A stretch of DNA of 64,000 nucleotides from Neoconidiobolus thromboides FSU 785 (taxonomy: Eukaryota; Fungi; Entomophthoromycota), in assembly GCA_025603075.1 (NCBI GenBank), contig MU626266.1:62001-126000 (forward strand), given 5' to 3'. Position numbers and translations under genes: made by a program. Each line of letters starts with the position of its first letter. Position 1 is the first letter of the stretch. Under the pieces are notes generated by a model. The model did no database searches and was not told where the DNA came from. It saw only the letters and a list, made by a program, of their open reading frames with translations. This document shows, in pieces, positions 13,508 through 26,880 of this stretch.

Positions 13508-14923
13508 ATGTTGAAATATAAGTTTAATTTGATAGCAAACTCGATTAGTAGAAAAAATCTATTGAATCTAAACATTAGATTTCTACATACTCCATTATTA
13601 GAATATAAATTAAAGACATCCCACCAATCCCAAGACTTAAAGCTGAGATGTAAAGATCCAAGTATGAATTGAAGTGATTAACTCAAACTTCTATTTAGGT
13701 ACTGAGTTCGACAGAAATGGAGGTGTAAAAGAGATTTCAAGAGAGTTTTCGAAAGCAGAAATATGTAATAAGGTAACCTATTCAAAATAAATTTTAAAGA
13801 TAAATTTATTAATTAAATATATAGCATAGCCTTCAGGTAAATTATAATTTGTAATTTGAAATAACAGTGATTCAATTATTTATATGAAATTAATTAGCCA
13901 AGAGACTTAAGAAAGGTAATTGCTTTAAGAAATGATTTTAGTCATAGCTCATGAAATTAGATAGACTCCACGTATTTAAATCAAATGCCGGGGATATTAG
14001 TAAGAGAAAAGGCAATCTTAGTGAACATGTTACATATAAAAGCAATTGTCAAAGCAGACTCAGTGGTTGTGTTTGATTCCTTTGGTTCTGTGAACTCTCT
14101 AAATCAGTCCTTGTTTATTTATGACCTACAAGAGAGATTGAGATCAAAATCAAGCTATTCCATGGCTACCCCTTTAGAATTTAGGTAAACAAAAAAGATA
14201 ATTTTAGCCTTTAAAATTAATTTTTTGATCAACTTCATCTAGAGCTTTGGAAGCCATCTTAGTAAGCGTAGCAAGTAGCTTAAATCAAGAAATGGAAACT
14301 ACGGTTCAGACGGTTACGTCATTGCTTATCCAATTGGAAGATGATATTAATCGTGAACTTTTAAAAAGATTATTGGATGTTTCGAAGAAATTGGCTCACT
14401 TTGACCAAAAAGTGCTAACTATTCGAAGGGCTATTATTGAAGTATTAGATCAAGGTAAAAATATTGTTACTTTATTGTAGTCAAATATTAACTTTTTTGT
14501 TTTTAAGATGAGGATTTAGCAGCGATGTATTTAACTTCTAAATTAAAAGGAGAACCTAGATCCATTCATCAACATGAAGAGATAGAGATGTTATTGGAGA
14601 CTTATTGTAAGCAAATAGAAGAAATTGCAAATATAATATCACAATTATCTAATAATGTAAAATCAACAGAAGATATTGTCAACATTATATTAGATAGTCA
14701 ACGAAATTCTTTGTTGTTATTAGAGTTAAGGGTAGCTATTTTGACGTTGGGGTTAACTTTTTCTTCCCTTATTGCTGCTCTATTCGGTATGAATTTAAAA
14801 AATTACTTTGAGTTAGACGATTTTATGTTTTACATTGTTACCTTATCCGCATTCCTTACTTCAGCCATTATTACCAAAACTTTCTTGAGAAGAATGAATT
14901 TATTGTTAAAATTACACAAATAA
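13508..14923 (+). CDS. MRS2: Mitochondrial Mg2+ channel MRS2/LPE10 (CorA family), multi-exon with micro-exons
   Basis: LKLRCTEFD, PRDLRK.D, ILVREKAILVNMLHIKAIV, EEIEMLLETY, LDSQRNSLLLLEL and the FGMN signature; GT-AG introns reconstruct the frame. Confidence 0.9.
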
Positions 14924-14985
14924 ATGTTAGAGTATTAATAACTTAAATAGGATGTTTCAATATGAACATTTTTTATTACTACATT

Positions 14986-15999
14986 TTAGAATTTAATTAA
15001 CCTTATTTTAGTTGGATCTTGTGGATCAAATTGAATTAATTTACTACTATTTAATAGCGTGATGAATGGCTCATACTCTTGCTTGTATGTCTTGGTATGT
15101 AATGGTTCCGGGATTCGATAATAAACATTTGGGTCGTTTACTGCATTATTCATTAATTCCTACTTATTAGTTACTATCATTAAACTATTTAGTTTAACTT
15201 ACTTCTAATATTTTCTTCAATGAGTTTGGAGGTACCTCTTTTTTGTTTGAAGTAATAAGCTTATTCTAATAAAATAGAACTTAGCTATCTTTAAAAATGT
15301 TCTAATCATATAAACTTACAATCTTGGGTTGCTTGACTGGATAGTATTTATCTATAAACTTATTCAGACCTAAAAATAAATTATTTGCTTGAACTTTTTT
15401 CCTGTTCATTTCTTTTAAATGGCCGCTACTCCCAGCCTCTTTAGTTTCATTTTTTTTCTTTATGGCTTCTAAAACTTCTTTGATCTCCTGCAATCTAACA
15501 TCATTATGGTTAATTTCTTCTTCGCCCTTTTTAATCTGATATTGGAGTTCAACAATGGCTTGCTTCTTTTGGGATATTTCGCTTTGAATATAGTTCTGCA
15601 TGTAAATTTGGTTTATTATAGGATCTTTTTCAAATATAGTTTTGGGTAAATCTTCCTTTAAACTTTCTATTTCCTGCTTTAATAAGTCTCTTTCATAGAT
15701 CATCATCTGTAGACTTGCTTCCTCTATGTTATCATTGTCTATTTTTTCTCTTTCATTTGTTGTTTCTTGACCTTCCTGTGTCTCTTTCTTCTCAAACTCC
15801 TCATATTCCTTGATTAATTCATGTAGCTAAAAGATGAGTTTTAAATTTTATACTAGTTTATAAAAGCTACCTTATATAATTCTTTCCATTTGGTTTCACA
15901 TCGTTGATTTAATAATTTAATACTTTTCTCATATTCTTCTTCAGTTACTGGGTCTTTTTCTTCATAACCCCTTTCCTCCTTATTATATTTTAAATCCAT
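14986..15999 (-). CDS. Coiled-coil kinetochore protein, CENP-K (Mcm22/Sim4)-like, 4 exons
   Basis: Coiled-coil body. The spliced C-terminus SLKKILE|ELMNNAVNDPNVY...YEPFITLL...DPQDPTKIRLIKF resembles the CENP-K C-terminal motif (recalled, not searched). Confidence 0.6.
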
Positions 16000-16097
16000 A
16001 ATCTTAAATAAAAGTTGAATTGCAAATTCATGTTAGTTTATTATCATATTCCAAAAAAATTCATTTTTTCTAGTTTGGTTCTTTTATAAAAACTAAA

Positions 16098-16455
16098 ATG
16101 AAATATAGCATGTAAAACATTAGTTTGTTTTAATATTATTTACTTATTTACTAGAGAGTTACAAATCCCTTTTCATGACCATGGTTTATCTCGTCAAGCC
16201 CTACAAGTTATATCCGTAGACAAGGAATTAAGAGATAAGGAAATTCAAAGGATACTGACTATAGACGAAGTCAATCCACAAATTTTGAAAGCGTAAGTGA
16301 AGCTATTCTTTTTAGAAAAATAAGAAAATTAATTCATTTGTTATAGTAAGTTTAGTTCTAACTCCAAAAAGATGTTGAGGGTTTCTATCAACTCTTTTTT
16401 AGATTTATTAATGCTTATAAGAGAAACACAGTCTGCTTTTGTTATTTCAGATTAA
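16098..16455 (+). CDS. PCC1: KEOPS/EKC subunit Pcc1 (LAGE3 family), 3 exons; missing from the ORF track
   Basis: Spliced protein MKYSIELQIPF...QVISVDKELR...KFSSNSKKMLRVSINSFLDLL; introns 16112-16154 and 16293-16346. Confidence 0.85.
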
Positions 16456-16770
16456 TTAAACTACTGTCTATATAGTTGTGTTTATCTACTTATTTTTAAT
16501 AGTATATCTAAAGTCTTCATAGTATTTAGTACTAAGTTTAAGTAAAATAAATAGCTCATTAATTTTGAAGCAGTTACACTAAATATAACTGGAGTTTGAT
16601 TAAAGTAATTAAACATGATAATTTTTCGTCTTTATAATTATCATAGTCAAAAGAAAGCAAACATTTTAAACTATTGCTATTAAATATAACTTTAAACTTA
16701 TAGAGTAAAGTCTAAATCCCGTTTATTCAAAACCTTCTTTCTACTTGTACTTGTTCTATAAAACTTTATT

Positions 16771-17158
16771 TTAACGAATTTGCATTCTATCTAATAATTT
16801 GGATTGAGTACTAGTAACCTCAACAGTACCTCTCAATCTTCCTCTTCTTTCTCCACTCATTCCAAAGTTAAGATGTTGTTTACCAGCCTGTCCACGTTTA
16901 TGACCGGTGCTTGTTTTTCTAAATCTATAAAATACTTTTGAGTTTTATCTCATTAAAATATTGTGGCGTGTCTTTACCTTTTAGCAGCTCCTTTATGAGT
17001 TTTTAATTTATATCCCATATCTCTTACTTGTTGTAAGTTTATACTAGAGTTAGTAAGTTTGATTGGATTTACTATGCTTTTTAAGAGTGATGCTAATGAG
17101 ACATTAGTTAATGACTATTTTGCGTTAGTTGAGTTAAGCTATTACCTAGTTGAAACAT
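16771..17158 (-). CDS. Mitochondrial ribosomal protein bL35m, 3 exons; missing from the ORF track
   Basis: Presequence MFQLASLLKS...QQVR followed by KLKTHKGAAKRFRKT...RGQAGKQHLN (L35 signature); the first 53-nt intron restores the frame. Confidence 0.85.
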
Positions 17159-18321
17159 TTTTATTTTGTTTTATTAAATAGTAAAATTCTAATTTATTTT
17201 TTCAATTATAAAAAGAAATGTTTAAAATTATTAAAGTTCAATCTTTGCAATAAAATTCAATGCGTAAATTATAAATTTAAAAAATTAATTTATTTATAAA
17301 AAATATCTACAAATCCCTAAAATAAAATAATTAGTAAAATGAAAATAGAATAATGTGTATATCAATTATGTTATCTGTAAACCGAATTTTGTCATTAAAA
17401 TAAACTAAAGTAGACCATCAAATTTAAATTGTTAAACTGATAATGAGAATAATTGAGATTCTTGAATGAAATGTATGCCCACCAATCCGCTTGAAAAGAG
17501 AAAACAAAACAAACTAACAAAAAACAAAACAAAACCGTTAAGCTAAGTTCTGTCTTTAAATAATTCAATATGTTCACTCATCACTGAGTATAGCTTAAAC
17601 CAGTACCAAGCTTGGCAATTGAGCAAAAAAATAAAAAAAACTAAGAAATAGTTATTTCTAACACAATCGTAAAAGATACAATGGTTATCATAAAACAATT
17701 CAAAAGTTTTTCATTTTAACCTTATTTTCGGCTCGCCTTTTACAATAGTTGATATTTATCTTGAGTCAACTACGGAGATAATAAGCCATAATCTCGATAT
17801 TCTTTATCATCAATTCAAAACTTAAATCAATAGGTCTACTTTATTGTATTTATTTTTCAAACCTTTTACTTTTATTTCTTCATATTTTATTGTTTTACAT
17901 ATTTGAATGGTACTTACTTTTGAATTTGATACTAATAATATAATTCAAAGAATCTTTCTGCTTTTTATTTCTTGATTTATACAATTTTACATCGTGTTAG
18001 CATTAAACCAATCAAATTTAGTTTGGTTATCCAATTAGAATATAAAGAGTTTTCGTTTTCAAAAGTGCAAGTCAAAAACAACTAACAATCTCTCTCTAAC
18101 CAAGGCTTAGAAGTTTGGGTCTTGGTGAGGCTAAAAAGGATGAATTAGCCATTAAAGAGGATTAGCCTATCAAATTAATAAAGTCGAAATTGCTTGTTAA
18201 AGGATTCTACAATTTTCATAGCTTCTGAGATTCTATATCCAAGCTCTTTATATCTTTAAATAAGCCTATCCTTCTATATAGATGTGTGATAAAAATTATC
18301 TATAATAGTACCAGTATGTAT

Positions 18322-18417
18322 GGAGATATATTTTTGTGTTTAGGAATTTTGCTAATAATTTCTCCACTTAAATAGTGCTTAAAATGGAACAAGTAATGAA
18401 GCCAAAAAAACACCCCC
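18322..18417 (+). mobile_element. ~97-bp MITE, copy 3
   Basis: Consensus match; flanks GTAT/ATAT; just downstream of the Ufe1-like stop codon. Confidence 0.85.
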
Positions 18418-18499
18418 ATATGTTCATTTGTAAATGATAAAACAGGATAATTAAACATACTTGTATTACAGTAAAACAAACTTGATAAAATTCCAATAA

Positions 18500-19676
18500 T
18501 TAAAATTTTTTATACCAATCTAAAAACAATAATGTGGAAGAAGAAATGATAAAAAACCAAAGCATAAACCTTCTAGATTGTTGAGAATTACTAGTAGCTG
18601 ATAATAGAGATGTATTTCCACGATCTAAATTGTCTTGAGTTATGTTAGCGTCCTGATATAATTTTTCTGCTTCTTTGGCTTGGATTTCAATATGTGTTGC
18701 TAACGTTGTTTGCATACTTGATATTTCTTGAAGAGATTTTTCTGCTAATCTAATAAAAAAATGTGTTAAGATTATAATAAAGTTAAAGTTAAAGATTCAG
18801 CTTACTCTACTTCTTTTAAAGTGGACTCAAACTGTTCTAAAAGCGCACTATTTTCTTTTTCAAGTACTTGTAACTGAGCTTGATCCAATTCTAAAGTAGG
18901 TAGTTTTTCTTCTTCTACGGACCTTATTGGAGGAGGTAATTTAGGTTCTTTTTGTTTTTTACCCCAAGGTAAATTAAAAGTATCCGATTGTTTATTCATG
19001 GAATTGGTTTTAAATGAAAAAGTTTCTTGCCTTTCTAATTCTCTAGATAATCGAATATGCTGTAAATTTTTAAAACTTTCAGTTACTTCTTTAACACATG
19101 AGTTAAGATACCAGATTATTGATTCTCTATGATCCCCTATAATATCTACTATTTTGTTTTTTGAGCCACTCGTATTTAACCATTCCTCTGGTAACCACCT
19201 AGATAATAATGATTTGTCTTTCTTTATTACTTTTTTTTCAAAATCTCTCTTTCTTTCTTTTTTTATGTTTAATATTAATAGTAATTATTTGTAGATGTAA
19301 TTACCTTGATCTTTTTCTGCGAGATTTAATATCAATGTTCCAGTTTTATTCAACGATATCTTTATATAAGCATCTAATTCATCTCTTTCTTTATCGCTCA
19401 TTGGGTTTATTTTTGTTAATGAACTGCTATATTTTCTTACTAAGTTTAAATAAGATGGTTTAACTTCAATTAATTGAACATTTAACTCTGTCAAATCTTT
19501 TAACTATAACAATAATTAATAAGCAAGTTATTACACAAGGTATTACTTACAATTCGATAAGCCTCATTGATAAAATTGTCACTCTTCAAATTAGTTTCAT
19601 GTTTCTTCTTCTCAACTTTTATCTCTTTTTTATAGTTGGTTGTTAATTCTTTATACTCTTTAGTCAGATCAGTCAT
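18500..19676 (-). CDS. UFE1: ER t-SNARE Ufe1/syntaxin-18, 4 exons
   Basis: MTDLT...DNFINEAYRI, MSDKERDELD, HRESIIWYL, LEKENSALL, SNARE helix (EISSMQTTLATHIEIQ) and C-terminal anchor FMLWFFIISSSTLLFLDWY. Confidence 0.9.
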
Positions 19677-20848
19677 GTTAAAATAAGAAAAAATAAAGTT
19701 TACTTTGCTGTATTTTTTAGGATGAGCCAATTATAGTGAAATGATGACAATTTGTAATTATTTGAAACTATTTATAAGATATTTTTAATGTTTTATTAAA
19801 AAAGGCACTGTGGAAATATTTAATGACCAAAAGTCATTATGAAATATTAGTTTAGATTCTTAATCTTATATGTATAAATAATATTAAGAGTAGTCCCTAC
19901 TATAGCATAATGTGACTTTCTATATGGCATTTATGGGTGCTATTTAAGGAAGAATAACTTAAAATGAAATTAAAATAATACGGTTATAATTTTGCTACTA
20001 CTAAGAAGCTTTTATTCAAACTAATATAATATACAGATAAGTTTACAGTAAACTTTTTTGAAACGGAATTTATAGCAACTTCATGTTTACATAATGTTTC
20101 TTGCTTCGATTTTTAAAGTATCAAATAATTTCAAGCTTACTATAAATAATAATCTTATATCATTAATAATATCACCTTATCACTTTAATGTATTTAAACT
20201 GCGAAAATACAATTATGATTATATTATTTAATATAGAACCCTTACAAATACTCTATACACTAATTATAAATGCTACTCTTTGATCATTATTATTACTAAA
20301 TAAAGTAAAGAATATGAGAGCAGATACTGTCTTTTGTTAGTTTAATATTTTAAAAAATAAAATCTTAAAACAAACTCTTTAGTATTCAAATAAAATTGTA
20401 CTTTATCATAAAATGACCCTTACTGTAATATATTGCGAAAGCCATGGAGCTAGATTTTCCCACTTGGATGATATTCTAAAAAGGGGGACCAATTAAATCG
20501 AAATTATCTTTTGAAACTGAAGTTATGACCCTTTTCCTGAAAATAGCAATTACCTGATTTGTAAATAAAAATAAAGATATCAATCATACCTATCAACAAC
20601 TACTTTTACTTTTCTTTCCTTTAAATTTTAAAATTATTTGAAAAATTTCGATTTTTTAAACTTTGATTTTTTTGTTTTTTGTTTTGTTTTTATTATTCGT
20701 TTGGGCAATTTTATTTACCACTATCAACCCAACTTATTCTCAACCTTATTCTATTGTAGTACTAATACAATTAAATTGGTTATACTTACAACTACACACC
20801 TAAGCATCAACCCAATTGGACTTTAATTATTATTCGATTTAATCAACA

Positions 20849-21747
20849 ATGAGCGAAGCATCCGTACCATCTCGACATTCAACGATTGATTCTGGTTTAA
20901 CGATCAATAAAGAGGTGAGAACAAGTACGTCCTCGAGTACCAAAAGGAGGGTGGAATCAGTCACAAAGAAGCTACCACGACTTTCGTTAAATTCGGCGAA
21001 ATACCTAGGACCAGGCTACAGTACATCGTCAACACCATATAAAATTAACTCGAGGCCTTCTAGTTGTTTTGATTCTACTATTGGTTCTTCGAAGATGATA
21101 TCTCCAATGAAAAAAAATCGAAAGCCAAGGAATGTTTCTTCAAGAGATGAAAGAAGGATCTTCTTAAGTGAACAGCCATTAAAACGTGCAAAGATACATC
21201 AAAGCTTACTTAGATCTAAGCAAGAAGATAAGAAGCTTGAATTAGTAAACAATAGTGTACTAGAAATATTGAAACAAGCTGAGGAAGGGAACAAAGTAAA
21301 TAACTTTATAGTTGATTGATACTTAACTTACATCTATTTAATTAGAAACGGAAGAAAGAAGTTTTAGCTCCTTACCTTCAGGTTATACCCGAAAGTTCTT
21401 CTATTGAAGATAATCTAGTAAGCTTATATTTATTAACTTACTATTTTATACTAAATTAACTTTATTAGAATTCTTTAGAAGGCCAAGTTCTTTCTAGTAC
21501 TCCACCACCGGAAAAAAAAGAAGAACTCCCATTATTAAGTGAAAAGAGCAGTTCTGAACATATTAATAAGAAAGATCAAGAAACTGATAAGACAGAGAAA
21601 TTGAGTAATAGATACAGCTTACCATTTAAACTGAAAAGAAAACCATCTAATGGGAATAAAAATTCTAAAGCTAGAAAGTTAGGTTATACAGCACTTGATA
21701 TTATTCGACAAACGTTTCAGAGGAAACCACGAGATCCTAAATCTTAA
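20849..21747 (+). CDS. Hypothetical Ser/Lys/Arg-rich, probably disordered protein, 3 exons
   Basis: ATG-initiated ORF with two plausible GT-AG introns leading to a last exon ending RKPRDPKS*; no recognised domain. Confidence 0.6.
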
Positions 21748-22444
21748 TCCACTAATCTTTAAATTTTGATATTATTGTTCTTGCTCTTACTTTTTGTTTT
21801 TTATACTGATTTTTATGAATAAAAGTTTCCATATTTATGTAATTTCAAATGTTTGAATTATATAATTTAGAAAAGTGAATTTCTTTACATTAAATGCTTT
21901 AATAAGTGGTCTTAATTCTAGTTAGTCAATGTCGTTTAACTTGTTGCATCACTTGTTCCAGTTTCATGATATTAGAATAAGTTGTCATAATATTATTAAG
22001 AAATTCAATTTTAATAAAAAAGATTATTCCGCATATCAAATTATAACTTTTATAAATTTCTAAATATGTAAAAAGGTTTAAGCTAATAGCCTATTTATAA
22101 ATTCAGAAAATGTCAACTTAAAGACTTTTAATTAAAGGAAATAACGTTTTTATAAAAAGGAGAAGAGGAAATTAAGTTTAATTTGAGATAAAATAATGAA
22201 ATTTAATTCTTTGTAATTAAACTCTTATTTTTAATATTAAACAGCAATTATACTTTTGATCATTATTGTTGATTAATTTATTGACTGTATAGAACTAGTT
22301 GTTGTATTGAATGTATAAAGCTGGTTATTTGCATCTTCAACTTTAATTATTAGAAGTTTATAGATATTAATGAATAGACTTTTGTGATGGATATAGCTTG
22401 AATTTATTTTACTTTATTTCTAGTTTTATCACCTTTTAATATTT

Positions 22445-22542
22445 GAGAATGTATTTTTATGTTTAAGAACTTTGCTAACAATTTTTTCGCTCAAATAGCG
22501 CTTAAAAAATGGAAAAATAATGAAACCGAAAAAAACATTCCC
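22445..22542 (+). mobile_element. ~97-bp MITE, copy 4
   Basis: Consensus match; TSD ATTT/ATTT. Confidence 0.85.
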
Positions 22543-23152
22543 ATTTAATATTTTTATCTTAGGTATGTGCGATTGTTTACTTATTCAATGTCATAAAAAT
22601 AAATAAATCAAGAATAAAGAAACTAACATTTATATCCGATTCAACAGTTAATAATAATAAGATAGTTGGTAGCTTTTAATTACATAGAAAAATTATATGA
22701 TATATATAATTTAATTTATTATAATTATTGAAAACAATGACATTAACATTATTTTTCATTGAAAATTAGAGACTTATTAAAATATTAATTTGTTGATTGT
22801 ATATTTACAATAAATATTATATAATTGACTTTAAATATGATTTTTTTGGAAACTTTTTTGTAAGCAGTTGTATTAATAAAAACTATTATAATGTTTATAA
22901 ATAATAAAGTATTACAAAATGATGCGCAAGTATTATGAATGAAAGAATTCAATTGTATTTTTGTTGATTTTTATTAATTTTTATTGAGGATTGTTTTAAC
23001 TATTATAAAATATATAACTTTATATTAAAAATGAATATTTGTTTATTTTATAGTCCACAAACTGTTACTTAATTATATCATTATCTTAAATAGCCTTTAT
23101 TTTTTAAAAGTAACATTAATATTAATGATCAGTTTTATTCATAATAATAGTT

Positions 23153-23249
23153 GGGGTTGTTTTTTTTGACTTCATTATTTTATCTATTTTTTTAGCGCTA
23201 TTTAAGCGGAAAATTTGAGTAAAATTCTTAAACATAAAAATACATCCCC
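23153..23249 (-). mobile_element. ~97-bp MITE, copy 5
   Basis: Reverse consensus match; flanks AGTT/AATT. Confidence 0.85.
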
Positions 23250-24103
23250 AATTGTTATTTATCATTTTTGGTTTTTTTATAATGCCAAAGACAATTCAAA
23301 TTTAGCCTTTAGAAAAGTCGAAAAGGGGGAAAGTTTTTAATCGCAAGATTAAGAGTGGAAGTTAAAGGTAAAGAAAAGCGTTTATGGGTTGAATTGAGGG
23401 TTAAGAAAGCTTGTTATTTTTAATTTATTATAGAAACTTAACTCAGAAAAGAAGTAATCATGTTACTTTAATCAAATGTACCCTATTATTTTAACTTTGG
23501 TTTATTCTATGTTTTACTTTCTAAAAAAATAACATTAAAAAATAAAATAGATAATCTAATTTTTGTCTTTCTATTTCTAATTTATTATCAAATCTTTTAG
23601 AGGCAACCTTGGAATTATTGTATCTAGTTGAGTTACTTGAGTTACGTTTCGTAAGTAAGTGTTTGTTTAACATAGCAACTAAGATAATTTAGTTTAATTC
23701 AATATAATCGATTTATAATCGATTTATAATCAGTAGGAAAATAAACGATATCGATATTATTAACAGAAATTTATCAAAGAAAATGGATTATTAATGAAAC
23801 ATATCAATATGTGTAAATATATTACTGCTTTTTTAAATTGTTATCTAAATTTAATATACAAAGTTTGAAATTGAATCTTTAGATTTACTCAATAAAGATA
23901 ATGAAATATCAAGCTACCTGAGATGAAGTTATTAAATTCAAAAAGTCGAGATTAAAATTATAAGAGCATTTATTACCATTAGATATGTTTAAGGTTTATT
24001 TAAATCAATTTAAAATATTTGAATGTGAAGAAAATACTGAGTATTAAAAGTATTTAAAATTATATACGGTAAATAACTTAGGTTGATAATCTAGGTATTA
24101 TAA

Positions 24104-24196
24104 GGGGATGTATTTTTTTAAGAATTTTACTCAATCTTTCTGTTTAAATAGCGCTTAAAAAACGGGAAAAGTGATGAAGTCAAAAGAAACATTGCT
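24104..24196 (+). mobile_element. ~97-bp MITE, copy 6
   Basis: Consensus match; TSD ATAA/ATAA; inside the F-box pseudogene. Confidence 0.8.
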
Positions 24197-24627
24197 ATAA
24201 TAACAAATTTTGATAGCTTAAAAGTATTATATTATATTCGGAATGTTATGATACTATTGTTACCCTAATTAAGTTTAATTCAAGATTTGATTCTAGTTCT
24301 AGTTCTAGCTTAGCAATTAGAGGATATGAGCTTAATGGTATTATTAAGTATTTCAGTAATCTTAATAAATTGAAAAACATAAAACTAATAGATGATTCAC
24401 ATAATTATATTGATACTGATAAAAAAATCAATTGAAATTAACTGAGAATAGTAATCTAATTACACTAGGTTATTTTAATTTAAAATATCAAATAAATCAT
24501 CAATTTTTGAACTTGACTACATTAAAACAAATCTGTGTTCCTAGTTTATCACAAAGTTTACTACGTCCAATTTCTGCATTACTAAACATTTAAACTATTT
24601 ATATTAATAAGTTACTTTCTAATAATA

Positions 24628-24726
24628 AAGGATATATTTTTGTGTTTAAGAATTTTACTACCAATTTTTCTGCTTAAATAGTGCTTGAAAGATGGAAGAA
24701 GTAATGAAGCCAAAAAAAACACCCCC
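24628..24726 (+). mobile_element. ~97-bp MITE, copy 7
   Basis: Consensus match; inside the F-box pseudogene. Confidence 0.85.
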
Positions 24727-25281
24727 ATATTTTATAAATTGATTTGTAATGAAGAATTCAATAATAAAAATAATTTAATAAAATCTAAATTTATAAACTG
24801 TATCAAAATCAAGTTTATAAATGAATATAGCGTATTTACTAACTTTTTATTCTTATCTTCAAATTTTGGGACATTCTAATTAAAATTGTCTACCAAATCT
24901 AATATTAAATACAAGTAATAATCCTGTCCTTGTTATCCCATTATTATTCGTTATAAACACTAAATATAAAATCCTGTTCTTTATAATTAAAAAAGAATTC
25001 AATGTTAAATTGGATATAGCTATAATAAAAGAATTCATTATAATTAATAATAATAAATTCTATTTTAACAGTCTTTTAGTTTTATATTTTAAAATTTATT
25101 ATGTTTTGTACTCATATTTATTTTATTTTATATACTAAAAAAGATTTAAAAAATAAACTATATGAATACTGTAACAAACTTGTATCTATTTTCAATTAAT
25201 AAATAAAAAATAAAAAACAATGTTAATCTTAAGTTCCAATTGAATATTTAATACTAAAAGAAAAATACTTTATTAAACTTA

Positions 25282-26724
25282 TTATAAACCAGAATTTACA
25301 TGTTCATCCGTTACTTTGTTTTCCGAACTTACATCACTATTTTGATTAACTTCTGGTTTTTGGTCATTAAGTTCAAGTTGATTGAGACTCTGGTTAATTT
25401 GTTCTACGTTAGCAGTTGTATCCACAGTTTGTTTAATAGGATTCATTTCAACACTTTGTAGCGGTTCAATTTCAACTTCTTCAGTTGCTTCTTGTTTTTC
25501 TTCAACTTTTGTTTTAGGCTCTTCTTTTGTTTCCAAAGTTTTATTATTATCAACTAAATTGGTATTAATATCTTCTTTGGCTTCATTCAGAGTGCTTGGA
25601 ATCAAAGTTTCAGTATTAGATTCTTCTTGAGGTTTATCTGATAAAGTGCTTGGAACTAAGTTTTCCTTAATTGTTAGTTCTTGAGGCTCAACTAATAAAG
25701 CTCCTGGGGTTGAACTATTATTATCATATACATTAAGATCATTCTCTTTTTCTACTATCTCCGTTGGAATAGTTTGAGTTGTGTTTTCAGGAACATGACC
25801 TAAATCATTGTTATCTTTATTATCCGAATGAGGTTGATTAATGGTATTTTCATTTTGATTTAAATTCTCATCTTGCTGCTCGGGTAATTTAATAGGAACT
25901 CGATGTAATAAGCCAGACGCAACACCACAACCTAATAAACCTTCACCACCCCAATCTCTTTTAGGTAAAATAACTACTTCTCTACAATTATCCCAAACTT
26001 GATTGTAAACTAATAATGATAACAGTTTGCCCTCATGTTCCTCAATTAAATCATAGAAATCATTCTCATCCTCTAAGCTACGATATTCACAACCAACAAT
26101 ATAATCGCTATGAGCCTGTAACCCGGCTCTGTCGGCTGGGGATCTAGGGTGAATATCCTATGATGAATAAAGGTTAGTGAGATTTATCTAGATAATAATC
26201 GTGAATTACCAATATGTGCCACACACAGCTTAAACCTTTCTCAACGCTTGAGTATCTTACGCTACAACCTTCAATTCTAATTCAGATACTTAAAATGAGC
26301 CAATTAAAACTAATTACCTAATAAACCATCTTTTGGGTTTGGTGACCAAGTATTTGTAGGATTTAAAATTAATTCTGCCAATTCATTAATATAAAATTCA
26401 AATTAAAAAAACTGATATACTTACCTCGAATACTACGAGTTTTTAAAGAAAAAACACTTAATTTAACATCTTGATTTGCAAACCTTGAAATATAAATAGC
26501 AAAATCTTTTAAAGTAGTGATCGTTGTTTGATCATTAATTGATACAATAAAATCAAAATAAGGGTTTAATCCTGCTTTTTCTGCGGGTGAATTGGGTTTA
26601 ACCTGGTTATTAAATTAGCTTTAATTATTATAACAATATATTCGCTTACTTTTAATACATGGAAACCGTTATAATCCGAGAGGTCTTGATCAGATTGATT
26701 TTCAAGTGATTGATTATTTCCCAT
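25282..26724 (-). CDS. GRH1: Golgi reassembly stacking protein GRASP55/65 (Grh1) with acidic tail, multi-exon
   Basis: MGNNQS (Gly2 myristoylation-type start), GFHVLK.VKPNSPAEKAGLNPYFDFI, SPADRAGLQAHSDYIVG, WGGEGLLGCGVASGLLHRVP. Confidence 0.9.
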
Positions 26725-26880
26725 TTTATTTTTATAAAAAAATAAAGAATTTTGATGACATGAGTAAGAATTAAATAAGCATAATTAACTTAAAATTTGC
26801 AATTCTCTTAGTTAATTTATTCAATAAATTGAAATTTAATAAAAATGTTAAAATTTGATAAAAAAATTTATTGATAAAAA

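Larger units (their letters stand above)
23563..25020 (+). pseudogene. Decayed F-box/LRR gene (orphan member of the 46-58 kb family) interrupted by MITE copies 6 and 7
   Basis: Collinear fragments LLSNLL..LVELLELRFVSKCLF, YRYYQQKFIKENGLLMKHIN, LPEMKL..DMFKVYLNQFKIFEC, KFINCIKI..EYSVFTNFLFL and KNSMLNWI match the intact paralogs; many stops and frameshifts; start codon degenerated to TTG. Confidence 0.8.

Noticed and set aside
17090-17158. Apparent frameshift or missing start codon in bL35m
   Set aside because: A 53-nt GT-AG intron (acceptor CTAAT...CATTAG) restores MFQLASLLKS in frame.
17395-17620. Small hydrophobic ORF, or a box C/D snoRNA (GTGATGA on the minus strand)
   Set aside because: The ORF is a translation of T-rich low-complexity sequence, and I found no box D or terminal stem at a plausible distance.
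18360-18380. Apparent compensatory covariation in the MITE internal hairpin (CGCT-TAAAT-AGCG versus CACT-TAAAT-AGTG) as a structured-RNA signal
   Set aside because: Both paired positions are CpG sites that decay independently, and non-compensated CA/CG and CG/CA combinations are also common, so deamination explains the pattern.
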